A stretch of 63,844 nucleotides of DNA, counting the filler, from Octopus bimaculoides (Eukaryota): NCBI RefSeq assembly GCF_001194135.2. It is 7 parts of 7 records of this genome, joined end to end, with 100 filler letters (N's around TTAATTAATTAA, not from the genome) between each part and the next. Parts side by side here need not be neighbours in the genome. Positions count along the whole stretch, not along the records: positions 45,236 to 56,016 come from NC_068993.1; positions 56,117 to 62,694 come from NC_069007.1; positions 62,795 to 63,844 come from NW_026385761.1; 4 more parts are not named here. One strand, 5' to 3'. The position numbers and the translations under genes were made by a program. The notes beneath the pieces are model-generated. The model was not told the DNA's origin and made no database searches. It was given only the letters and a program-made list of their open reading frames with translations. Positions within the stretch are counted from its first letter, which is position 1, and every line of letters begins with the position of its first letter. Positions 53,303 to 63,844 of the stretch are shown here, one piece after another.

Positions 53303-53946
53303 TCATTCCGGTCACAAGACTTTGGCTGACTCTAGGCTAAAGTAGAAGACATTTACCTAAGGTGCCATATACTGAGACTGAGTCCAGAACCACGTGGTCA
53401 ACCAAGGTTTCTGTATAACGCTGCAAAAACATCCAACTGGCCTTGGCTTAATATTAGAACGCTATGGGACATTGGTGCAAGGTCAACCTGTCGGTCAGTG
53501 TAGCTTGCAGAAGCCATATTCAATCGTTGAAGTCTGGGTTGGATGGAAAACAAAATGAGGTAGCAGAAATATATATATATATTCACTAAGGTGGGAGGAA
53601 CTGAATATATGTAAGCAATCGCAGCCTGTATTAAGAAACAGGATTCAACTGGAATCGGTTGGGAAATTTGATTAGTGAAAACGTAACACATGTTCCATAT
53701 TTATTTTATCATTTGCAAAGTTCACAGACATCAACAGGAATCTAAAACTAGATTAAGCATCAGTTATATTTATGTGTGCATGTGAGAGAGAGTGTGTGTG
53801 CATATGTGTGTGTGTGTGTATGCGAGTGCTTCCCAACCACATGATTTCAGGTTCAGTCCCACTGCATGACACCTAGGGCAAGTGCCTTCTACTTTAGTTC
53901 CAAAGCCTTGTGAGTGGATTCAGTAGACAGCAACTGAAAGAAGTCT
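53303..53946. mobile_element. Two SINE B left-arm fragments in opposite orientation (53303-53398 -, 53826-53946 +)
   Basis: GGCAAGTGCCTTCTACTTTAG / CTAAAGTAGAAGACATTTACC and AAAGCCTTGTGA motifs. Confidence 0.65.
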
Positions 53947-55188
53947 AACACACCATCAAATATATACATACGTACACACATACATTCGTATGTGTGTGTG
54001 TATGTACATACACATAAATGTATTCTTTTAATCTTTTACTTGTTTCAGTCAGTAGAGTGCAGCCATGCACTGGTTAAATTGATGATGATGATGATGATGA
54101 TGACAACGATGACGATATAATAAAAATAATGAGTATAAACACAAATAAATATAGATATGGGTATAAAGTATAATTATAAAAACTATTTATTCTGTACACA
54201 CAAAATATTATTTTATTGAAATGGAAACGGTAAAAACGGAATTATTATATTCCTCTGTAATGAGTGGCACAAGTTTAGAATTACAACAGATTTACAGTTT
54301 GGATTAAGTTTCCATGTAAGAATTAGAAATATTTGTTTTTGCTATTATTTGCGTATTGTTGTGTTTGGGTGTGAGAAGACCAAGGAGCTGAATAATAGCA
54401 AACATCAGACTGGCACGGCACCTCACACTTTTAAATTGAATTGATATGTCGACTCAATTCTTGCCTCAACATTCTAACTAGATCTTTGTGGCAGTTAACC
54501 ATTCCTTGTGCAATCAGTAACAGATCGTTAAATTATTACTAGTTTAGTATTCAGCTATTTTTAGTATGAATACTTTAAAACTCAAATTGTTTTTCATATA
54601 ACTAAATGAGTCACCCAATATTTTAATAAAAATTTGTTTAGTAATGAAATATTTTTAGCACAACTAGTTTAGTATTCAACTATTCTGAATGTAAACAGTT
54701 TAACTCTTTCAATGCAGAAAACAGATATATCCTCACAAAATTTTATTACTGTTAACTTTAAGAAAGCAGTCTTTGAAAAAAAAACCTCTTCCGATGCCAT
54801 AAGCAGCAAAAAACACTCCCAGCAACAATTTTTACAAAAGGCAATTTTCCTCAGATTTTGGTTGAATGTCTTTCTACTGAGTAAGAACCAAATAATTTTA
54901 TTTGGTGGATGTGAAAGCCGTATCTACAAAGGATAGCGAAAAGCTTTATTGCAAAATTAGAAAACATTATATATAAATGAAGAATTTTCCTCCGTCCGGT
55001 TGTTTTTCTCTCTACAAAACAGAAAGTTGCATTGTGGAACGGTCATTCTAATGAGTTGTATTTATTTATCAACCAACAAGATACGTCTGCACCACCGGAT
55101 ACTCCTGAACCAGTCTGTGATTATTAATCACAATTGTTGTGATTAATAATATATTCTTGTATATTCCATCTTCTGTCTTTCATTTGTT

Positions 55189-55240
<52 letters not shown>

Positions 55241-55245
55241 ATATC

Positions 55246-55302
55246 AAGGGTCTCTGATGAAGGAATATATAAAATATCCCAGAAATAGCTGTAAGACCTC
55301 TT
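55246..55302 (+). ncRNA. Minimal Penelope-type hammerhead ribozyme variant
   Basis: GGGTCT CTGATGA A GGAATAT..ATATCC CA GAAA TAGCT GTA AGACCT. Stem I 6 bp, palindromic AGCT stem III, GUA triplet, non-canonical A.A at the base of stem II. Confidence 0.6.
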
Positions 55303-55359
55303 TATAAATGTTCTGAAAACTATTCACAGCCTTTTATATATATATATGTATGTATGTAT

Positions 55360-55430
55360 CAGTGGCGTGCGGTGACGTCCGAGGTTGGGCATGCAATGAA
55401 TTTCTTCCCCCACCCCCGGCAATTTTTCAG
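55360..55430 (+). mobile_element. Possible single hAT-type terminus
   Basis: CAGTGGCGTGCGGTG start; no partner TIR found. Confidence 0.35.
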
Positions 55431-56116
55431 TAAAAGAATTTTCGTATTCCTACGATTTACATATGGGAGATTCTAAATATCCAATCACCCCCGTATGACC
55501 TAAAATAAGCAGGGAATAAAAAATGACTCTGTAGAGATGAGCCTGAAATAAGTGTATTGTTTGTATTTTTCCCTCTCTTCGAAACGTCAGTACTTTCCTA
55601 TCCTCACTCTCCCTTAAACATATCTAAAAATCATAAGTGAAATGGAATAAAGATGAAATTGGATTCTGTTAATATTTTTGCATATTCGGAATCTCTGTTA
55701 AAGGTAGGAATCCGAAAATTTTTTTTTTTTAAATTTCGTTTTTCAAAGGGGTGCGATTGTGCATTAGCCCCTATACCTGTTGGTTCAGCTGAATCAATTT
55801 GAAATGATTTAATAAAGAGAACACATTTAGTTACATTATATGGCCATGGTTTTAGATAGTTACGCTCTCGAAGACAAGTCAGGTGCTTTATCTTGCTACT
55901 TGTCAATTCCGGGAAAATTATTGATAATCAAGCAGACTGTTCTGAGACTTACTGAACTCCGTATATTAAAAGACTACGTCTCACGCACACACATTGAAAC
56001 TACACGCATATACATGNNNNNNNNNNNNNNNNNNNNNNNNNNNNNNNNNNNNNNNNNNNNTTAATTAATTAANNNNNNNNNNNNNNNNNNNNNNNNNNNN
56101 NNNNNNNNNNNNNNNN

Positions 56117-56480
56117 TGGTTGGTACTTTGTTTTATCGATCCCAAAGACAATTTTGACCTCGGCGAGATCTGAACTCAGAATGTAGAGAGCCGGAAGAAA
56201 TGCCGCTAATCATTTTGTTCGACGCGCTTACGATTCTGCCAACTAGCTGCTTTAACACGATATTAGTTTCAAAATTTTGGCAGAAGGCCAGCAAATTCGG
56301 GGAAGAAAGCAAATCGATTACATCGACCTCAGTACTCAACTGGTATTTTATTTTGTCAGCCCCGAAAGAGTTAAAGGCAAAGTCGACCCCGGTGGCATTT
56401 GAACTGAGAACGTAAAAAAAGTACGAAATACCACTAAGCATTTTGTCCGACGCGCTAACGATTCTGCCAACTCACCACCT
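56117..56480 (-). mobile_element. Two tandem diverged SINE A copies
   Basis: Heads end at ~56250 and 56480; B-box and body motifs present. Confidence 0.75.
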
Positions 56481-56656
56481 TAACATGACATAAGTGGATG
56501 TTATTAATTTTTCTAAATTGATTTTCATATACGTTCTTGTAGTATACCCATGTACAATATGTAGGAGTATATCTAGTTATTTATTATCAGTACGTAACAA
56601 ATTAGGGCCTTCCATATACAAAACAGGCTTCATTTGATTGCCCTTTCATCATATTT

Positions 56657-56912
56657 GTCCCCAAGTGCGCTGCTCTCGAGCTGATCTGCCGAGCATTTAC
56701 ACACTGCTGAGGAGAGCGCTGGTCTTATGAGCAGGCCACTTCGTTCGAATGCCTGACTCCGCAAAAGACCGTTTCACAGCGAACTGGTAGAAGGAAAGCA
56801 CACACAAGGTAGACAGAAAAAGCGCTTCAAGGATACACCCAAAGCCTCACTGAAGTGCTTTGCGATCAACCCTGACGCTTGGGAAATACAAACACAAGAC
56901 CGCCCTACCTGC
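56657..56912 (+). mobile_element. RTE (BovB-like) LINE 3' ORF fragment
   Basis: RADLPSIYTLL...AGHFVRMPDS...SELVEGKHTQGRQKKRFKDTPKASLKCFAINPDAWEIQTQDRPT, typical RTE C-terminus, frameshifted. Confidence 0.8.
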
Positions 56913-57312
56913 CCAAGTGTAATGTTTTAATTTGTTGATTAAAGGTGTTAACACCAAACAGATAAGGTGTGAAATAGATGTCTCCATAGACTATTCCTCT
57001 TCTAGTCGTCGTGGGGCTCGTTTTCATAATTCTTTCTTTCTTCTTTGACTGCAAGGCATGCTAAATGTATTTGTATTTTATTGGTGTTACTTTACGCGTG
57101 ACTAATATTTCAAGAATCCACCGCCAGGTGGCACTGGTAAAATCGTTCTGCTAGTCGATCCATAACCATTCTCAGAGCCTTTCTCCGATTGATTCCTTTA
57201 GTCTTCGATTATGACTTTATCGATCCGCGATCGATCTTTGCAGCCCTATGAACCTTTGCGGCATCCATTCTGTTTTTTTTTTTTCTGGAAGGGGAATTAT
57301 GTGAAAAAGTGG

Positions 57313-57316
57313 CTGT

Positions 57317-57350
<34 letters not shown>

Positions 57351-57720
57351 GTTGTTGCTGCTGATGATGATGACGATGACGATGATGATGACGACGATAA
57401 AGTTGATGACGGTGACGATGACGATGATAACGATGATGACGATGATGACGATGATGATGAAGATGATGATGACGATGATGACGGTGACGATGATGATGAT
57501 GATGACGATGATGATGACGATGATGACGATGATGACGATGATGACGATGATGACGATGATGATGACGATGACGATGATGATGATGGTGATGGTGGTAATG
57601 ATGTTAGTAATGTTATTACTGTTGTTATTGCGGCGGCTGTTCTTGCCGCTCTAGTTGTTCTGGTTGTTGTTATTACTGCTGCTGCTGCTGTTTTTTCTTC
57701 TTCTTGCTGCTGCTGCATAC
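57313..57720. repeat. Compound (GTT)/(GAT/GAC)/(GCT) microsatellite
   Basis: Direct inspection; source of poly-D, poly-S and poly-M ORFs. Confidence 0.9.
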
Positions 57721-58029
57721 ATACATACATACATACATACGCATACATACACACATACACACATACGTAGTTTCTTTTTTTTTTTTCATGACTTCTTTTC
57801 TGATGTTCTTCCGTTTATTTCTTGTTTTAATCTTTAATTTTTTTGTTTTGTTTTGTTTTGCTATTTCTCTCTCTCTGTCTTTTTTTTTTAACCTTACCCT
57901 TTTGCTTACCGCCACAAGGTGGCGTTGGTTGCTAATGGACGCCACGAGCAATAACACATTTCCGTATGTCGCCATCTTTAGTCATACAACTTCCCTCCAG
58001 CATCTCCGCATTTCTTCCGCTCTACACAG

Positions 58030-58078
<49 letters not shown>

Positions 58079-59477
58079 NNNNNNNNNNNNNNNNNNNNNN
58101 NNNNNNNNNNNNNNNNNNNNNNNNNNNNNNNNNNNNNNNNNNNNNNNNNNNNNNNNNNNNNNNNNNNNNNNNNNNNNNNNNNNNNNNNNNNNNNNNNNNN
58201 NNNNNNNNNNNNNNNNNNNNNNNNNNNNNNNNNNNNNNNNNNNNNNNNNNNNNNNNNNNNNNNNNNNNNNNNNNNNNNNNNNNNNNNNNNNNNNNNNNNN
58301 NNNNNNNNNNNNNNNNNNNNNNNNNNNNNNNNNNNNNNNNNNNNNNNNNNNNNNNNNNNNNNNNNNNNNNNNNNNNNNNNNNNNNNNNNNNNNNNNNNNN
58401 NNNNNNNNNNNNNNNNNNNNNNNNNNNNNNNNNNNNNNNNNNNNNNNNNNNNNNNNNNNNNNNNNNNNNNNNNNNNNNNNNNNNNNNNNNNNNNNNNNNN
58501 NNNNNNNNNNNNNNNNNNNNNNNNNNNNNNNNNNNNNNNNNNNNNNNNNNNNNNNNNNNNNNNNNNNNNNNNNNNNNNNNNNNNNNNNNNNNNNNNNNNN
58601 NNNNNNNNNNNNNNNNNNNNNNNNNNNNNNNNNNNNNNNNNNNNNNNNNNNNNNNNNNNNNNNNNNNNNNNNNNNNNNNNNNNNNNNNNNNNNNNNNNNN
58701 NNNNNNNNNNNNNNNNNNNNNNNNNNNNNNNNNNNNNNNNNNNNNNNNNNNNNNNNNNNNNNNNNNNNNNNNNNNNNNNNNNNNNNNNNNNNNNNNNNNN
58801 NNNNNNNNNNNNNNNNNNNNNNNACACACACATATGTAAATGTATGTATATTCCTTGCGTTTCTTTCGTCTTCTGCTTCTACGTCTTCCATATCTTCTCT
58901 CACCCTCCCATCCCTGCACACAACATCAACCTCACCCTTCCTTTTTAACACCTCCTCCTACCCCTACTTCCTAATTCGTTTTTTAGTCGCCACCCGCCTT
59001 TGACCTTGTACCTCCCACTGCAACCCAAACTCGTGTTACCCTCTCACTTTTCCATCGAATATATGCTCTCCTCCTCCTGCCTTCCTCCTCCCCCTCTGCA
59101 GCCTTGTCTCTGAAACCTCTCACTCGCACTCTTTCAACAATCTGTTTATCCGACTATCTGTTAGATTCTATAGAAGGGATAGACAAAAGTAGGTGTACAG
59201 TTGCATAATATAACTGGGATGTTCTTTTCGTTCTTCCATTTCTGTTTTTAAACTTAAGCAATTCATCAATCGACTAAACAATCCGCAAGAGATTCCTAGT
59301 TCACTAGAATCACTCTTTTTCGATTTCTAGAAACTTCTAGGAAATTCTTGAGCCACAAACATTTAATTTTCCTCGATGACAACAGTGATCGATCGACCAT
59401 TTCTCTGTGCATTACAGATCGACACAGTCTGGTCAAATTTGTCGCGTAGCGTTTTTTATCCGGGGTTCCCCGGTACC

Positions 59478-59508
59478 CTAAAGTTCCGCGGTACCCTAAA
59501 GTTCCGCT
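59478..59508. repeat. 18-bp tandem duplication preceded by GC palindrome CCGGGGTTCCCCGG
   Basis: GGTACCCTAAAGTTCCGC occurs twice within ~59472-59507. Confidence 0.8.
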
Positions 59509-59789
59509 TCACCACGTCGCGCCACGAATCATTTTTTGCATTAGCTTTGGTAGGTCCTCAATTTCATGTAATGCGTCGCTGTCAATAACATTCCCATAGG
59601 TAAATGGTTACCGTTTGCTATTTAGGTGCAAAGATATAGAAATTTTGTTTTCTTCGGCTGTTGAAGTTTGTCTTCACAGGACACTGTGAGTTCAGCCATA
59701 ATAATCGTTTTTGTTAGAATTATGAATATTTGGTGTGATGTTACCGCTACCAATGCGATCCATATAAACATTTAAGAGAAGACGCAAGA

Positions 59790-60530
59790 TGTATTTAAGC
59801 TTTCAATGGAACGTGTGTAGATGTAAATATTTAAGTGAGTAAACAACAGCGATGTAAACTTTGAAAGGAACAGACGACAGCAAACTAAACATTTCAGGGA
59901 GTGAACAACATTTATGTAAAAATTACAGGGAGGAGATGAACCCACTGTGAAATATAAAGTATAGCAGACGATATTAGAAAATTTGTAGCAAACAGGCGAC
60001 AAAAATGCGAATTTGATGAGAGGAAATGGCGGTTATGTTAAATTTTATGGGTAGTTGGCGATATTATAGAAAATTTTGTGGAATAAAGACGACGAAAAGA
60101 CGAATTTGACGAGAGCTGAACATAAATTATAGTCTTTTTTAGGGGTGGCCAAATTAGGATTGAACATGAAAACTCTTACATATTTCTCCGCCGATGGAGG
60201 CTTTACATGGGTATATTTTTATCACAATGCAATCGCTAAAAATTTTAAGGAAGGTTAGGTGACATACAAAATTTGTAGAAAACAGACGACGAAGAAGTGA
60301 ATTTGGCAGGAAGATATGGTAGTTATGTTAAATTTGAGAAGAACAGACGATTTCAGAGAAAATTTGTAGAAAATAGACAACATAAAGGTCAATTTGATGG
60401 GAGGAGATGGCAGTTATGTTAAATTTTAAGAAGAGCAGACGACCGTGATAGAAAATAGAAGAATACAGACGGTCAAAAGAAAATATTAAAGGAGATGGAA
60501 ACGAGATTAGAAAGACCGAAAATTGATGAT
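59790..60530. repeat. Highly diverged purine-rich tandem array (~30-bp subunits, ~90-bp higher order)
   Basis: Recurrent AAATTTGTAGAAAACAGACGAC and GGYRGTTATGTTAAATTT (about 60030, 60318, 60409). Confidence 0.65.
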
Positions 60531-61100
60531 TACAGCACGACAACAGAGGACACCAACTGTTTTCTCACATAGTGCCTACTAATGGAACATTTATTTCGTT
60601 TATTTAATTGCTTTTGTCTTTTTTATGTATAATTTTTTTTGCTTTTGGAGGCGGTAACCTTCGTTTTTTTGTCTCCTTAGAACTGATGTGTAATATATGG
60701 TGCGGAAATCCGGGTCGGGTAAAAAAAAGTGTGAAAAAGAGAAAGAATGGTTGGTGTCTTGCACAAAGTTAATTTTGTTAATACAGCCGTAGGAAAAAGA
60801 AAGACAGTGGCTGTCCTTGAGTTCACCGTATCCTCGCTACTTCGCGACCTCATTGTTCTAAAATCAAACTTTTCCGAGAACTACGTTGCACTTCATCTTC
60901 TTGGTATCAAGCAAAAACGAGTACCAGTAATACTATGTGGTTGATTTAATTGACTAAACATTGCTGCTTATAAAACACAGCCACAAAAAGGCAGTATTAA
61001 TTTATGTTATGTGAAAATCCAACGAAACAGAAAGCGATTAATAATCGCAGTAGGAAAAGTGCTTCGGTTCGATTCTTAATTAAACCAGTTTTAAAACATT

Positions 61101-61321
61101 TACGAGGAGCCGCTGAAAAGTTCCTGGCTTTGGTTAAAAGAAAATACAGGCGGATCAGTTAATTATGATTTTATTCAACATATTCCCGTCTCAGATTCAC
61201 ACAGATTCTTGCAGAGATTTTCCAGTTTTCTAAGCCCTGTAAAAGAACTCGGAAGTTTGGACCTCTGACCAGGTCTTTCACGATACGCTTGAAGCCAAAA
61301 ACTTTTCAGCACCTCCTCGTA
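61101..61321. mobile_element. Second copy of the mariner-type MITE
   Basis: TACGAGGAGCCGCTGAAAAGTTCCTGGCTT ... AACTTTTCAGCACCTCCTCGTA; colinear with 30986-31213. Confidence 0.85.
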
Positions 61322-61392
61322 TATATATGATTGACCGTTGACCGAACACTATTCAATTTTTTTTCTCCGTGTTTTTCTCCTTGTCTCCGTAT

Positions 61393-61429
61393 TCTTTCTG
61401 TTGAAGAGCGTAGCTGGAAACGTTAAAGA
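61393..61429 (+). ncRNA. Hammerhead-like motif with CUGUUGA core (family F)
   Basis: TCTTT CTGTTGA A GAGC[GTA]GCTG GAAA CG TT AAAGA. Stem I TCTTT/AAAGA is 5 bp, palindromic ACGT stem III, A6U substitution. Confidence 0.5.
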
Positions 61430-61741
61430 CTTTCCGTATTCCCGAGCGTCATACTAATACATCCTTTTGTTGTTTACACCACCTGTCCTCGTCTGTTGTT
61501 GTTTTTTCGTACATTCTCCCATATATATATATATATATAAATGTATGTATATGTGTGTGTGTACGTATGTNNNNNNNNNNNNNNNNNNNNNNNNNNNNNN
61601 NNNNNNNNNNNNNNNNNNNNNNNNNNNNNNNNNNNNNNNNNNNNNNNNNNNNNNNNNNNNNNNNNNNNNNNNNNNNNNNNNNNNNNNNNNNNNNNNNNNN
61701 NNNNNNNNNNNNNNNNNNNNNNNNNNNNNNNNNNNNNNNNN

Positions 61742-61781
<40 letters not shown>

Positions 61782-62592
61782 GTGTATATGTGTGTGTGTG
61801 TGTCTTCTATTTCTTTAATTATTATAAATCTTCCACTGTGGAGGGAGCCGGTTTCCAACAAAGGTACAAGGCTCCATCTCTCGGATTTTGTTAACACAGA
61901 CAAATTCACATTTGGAACTTGAGAAAAGTCTTGCATATCTTTACTGTTCCACTTACAGATTGCACTTGTAATGTACGAATTAGCGGTCGATTTCTCTTTC
62001 TGAAAATCCCAGTTTATCCAGATTCTCCTTTAAGCATTTACTAACAAAACCTAATGCTCCAATTATTATTGGTATGAATACGAATTCGTAGTCTGGATAT
62101 AGAAGCTGAACCATGGAACAAACTACCTGCATCAGTTGTCAGTTGCCGAGACAATGCATTCTTTAAAAACTCCGTGCTTCCTGAAATTCGCCAACACTAC
62201 ACCTGATGTCACCCTCTCCATACGCATGCGTACATGTATATCATGACTCATAGACTGTTCACTTACCTGACTTATGTACATAATTCTATGTACTATACAG
62301 GCACCTTTGATGTATGTACGTATGTATGTATGTATGTATGCATTTGTGTGTGTGAGTGTGTCTTGAAGTCTGTTTGTCACTAACCCCATATTGCTTGACA
62401 ATCTGTGGTGTGTTTACGTCCTGGTAACTTAGCGGTTCGGCAATTGTGACCAATAGAATAAAGGCTAGGCTTTAAACATATAAGTACTGCAGTAGATTTT
62501 CTTCGACAAAAACTCTTGAAAGTGGTGCCCCAGCATGGCCGCAGCCCAATGAGTGAAACATGTGTAAGACAAAAGATAGAAGACGCATAAGG

Positions 62593-62694
62593 AGAGGGAG
62601 AGCGAAGGAGGGCGAGGGAGAGCGAGGGAGAGAAGGAGGAGGAGAGGGAGAGAAGGAGGAGGAGAGGGAGAGAAGGAGGAGGAGAGGGAGAGAA
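62593..62694. repeat. 20-bp homopurine tandem repeat
   Basis: GAGGGAGAGAAGGAGGAGGA repeated up to the gap. Confidence 0.85.
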
Positions 62695-63274
62695 NNNNNN
62701 NNNNNNNNNNNNNNNNNNNNNNNNNNNNNNNNNNNNNNTTAATTAATTAANNNNNNNNNNNNNNNNNNNNNNNNNNNNNNNNNNNNNNNNNNNNACATAC
62801 ATACATACATACATACATACATACATACATACATGTATACATACTTTTTAACTCAAAATCATATAACGCAATGGCTGCCATCTAATTCTAATAAGAAAAA
62901 ACCTTACGCTAGAACTTTTCTTACAATTATTTTGTTTTACAAATCCAAATGTGTGTATGTAACGAAGATCAATGTCCATTTCGAGAAATGCATGAAATTT
63001 TTCCGTTTTTCATAGCAGTAAAGACACTGAAGGAGACATTGTCATTGTAACAGGCCCGGAGAATGTCCATTATTTCATACATTTGCGAGTATCTTGGCTG
63101 TGTTTTTGCAATATTTTTGGAAAATATTTTATACCTTGTCAATTCTTTACTTTAATCTTATTATTAGAAAATAAAGTAATAAAATTAATTATTACCATTG
63201 TTATTATTATTATTGTTATTGAAGGTATTGTGCCTATAATAGAAAGGATTATTATTATCATTATTGTTATTGAA

Positions 63275-63481
63275 GATGGCGAACTGGCAGAATTGTTAGC
63301 ATGCTGGGCGAAATGCTTAGCGAGATTTCGCCCGTCACTACGTTCTGAGTTCAAATTCCGGTGAGGTCGACTTTGCCTTTCATCCTTTCGGGGTCGATAA
63401 CTTAAGTAGCAGTTGTGTGCTAGGGTCGATGTAATTGACTATCCCCCTCCCAAAAATTTCAGTCCTTGTGCCCATAATAGA

Positions 63482-63484
<3 letters not shown>
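63275..63484 (+). mobile_element. SINE A ending in (ATT)n
   Basis: Full family A match; a copy of its tail also precedes it at ~63229-63260. Confidence 0.85.
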
Positions 63485-63527
<43 letters not shown>

Positions 63528-63530
<3 letters not shown>

Positions 63531-63844
63531 TAGTTTAATTTTCATAACGTGCTTTCACTTCACTGCCGAGTGCAGCTCTATGTGCCTTGGGTATGTGCTG
63601 TGGTTTGTGTGATGCTCTTATGGTTACTGTATTGAAAGTGTTTTGCGTAGGATGTGTGCAGTGCCCAGTAGTGCAATTTTCTGTATTTTATATATATTTG
63701 TAAGTCCTCGTGTTTTTGTTATGTATTTGTCTGAATATTTTTTTTATTATACCTAAGGCACCTACTATGATAGGAATTGTTTCTGTTTTTGATTCCACAT
63801 TCTATTTCCAGGTATTTGTATTTCGAAAGTTTCTCCATTATTAT
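63528..63844 (-). mobile_element. R4/Dong-like non-LTR element 3' end (restriction-like endonuclease C-terminus and 3' UTR), cut by the window edge
   Basis: EKLSKYKYLEIE...ETIPIIVGALGIIKK...IQKIALLGTAHILRKTLSIQ* (stop 63624-26), then ~95 nt UTR ending in (TAA)n. Confidence 0.8.

Noticed and set aside
57209-57770. Long poly-D, poly-S and poly-M ORFs, and all CV/YI/HT-repeat or X-filled ORFs
   Set aside because: Stop-free microsatellites and N gaps; no coding evidence.

Overview
AT-rich, microsatellite-saturated eukaryotic scaffold with many N gaps. The repeat repertoire suggests an octopus genome (inference, not searched). No complete protein-coding gene is supportable, and almost all long ORFs in the track are microsatellite or gap artefacts. 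The window contains at least five tRNA-derived SINE-like families, decayed Penelope-like (two types), RTE and R4/Dong-like retroelement fragments, Tc1/mariner and hAT non-autonomous elements, and a ~1 kb foldback palindrome. The main signal is about a dozen hammerhead-ribozyme (HHR)-like motifs. One is a complete canonical type I HHR (23898-23967), one has an intact core (43950-43995), and several are minimal Penelope-type variants. Two of these form the 3' tail of a tRNA-headed SINE, a possible ribozyme-bearing SINE riding on Penelope machinery. All alignments and folds were done by eye; no searches were run.
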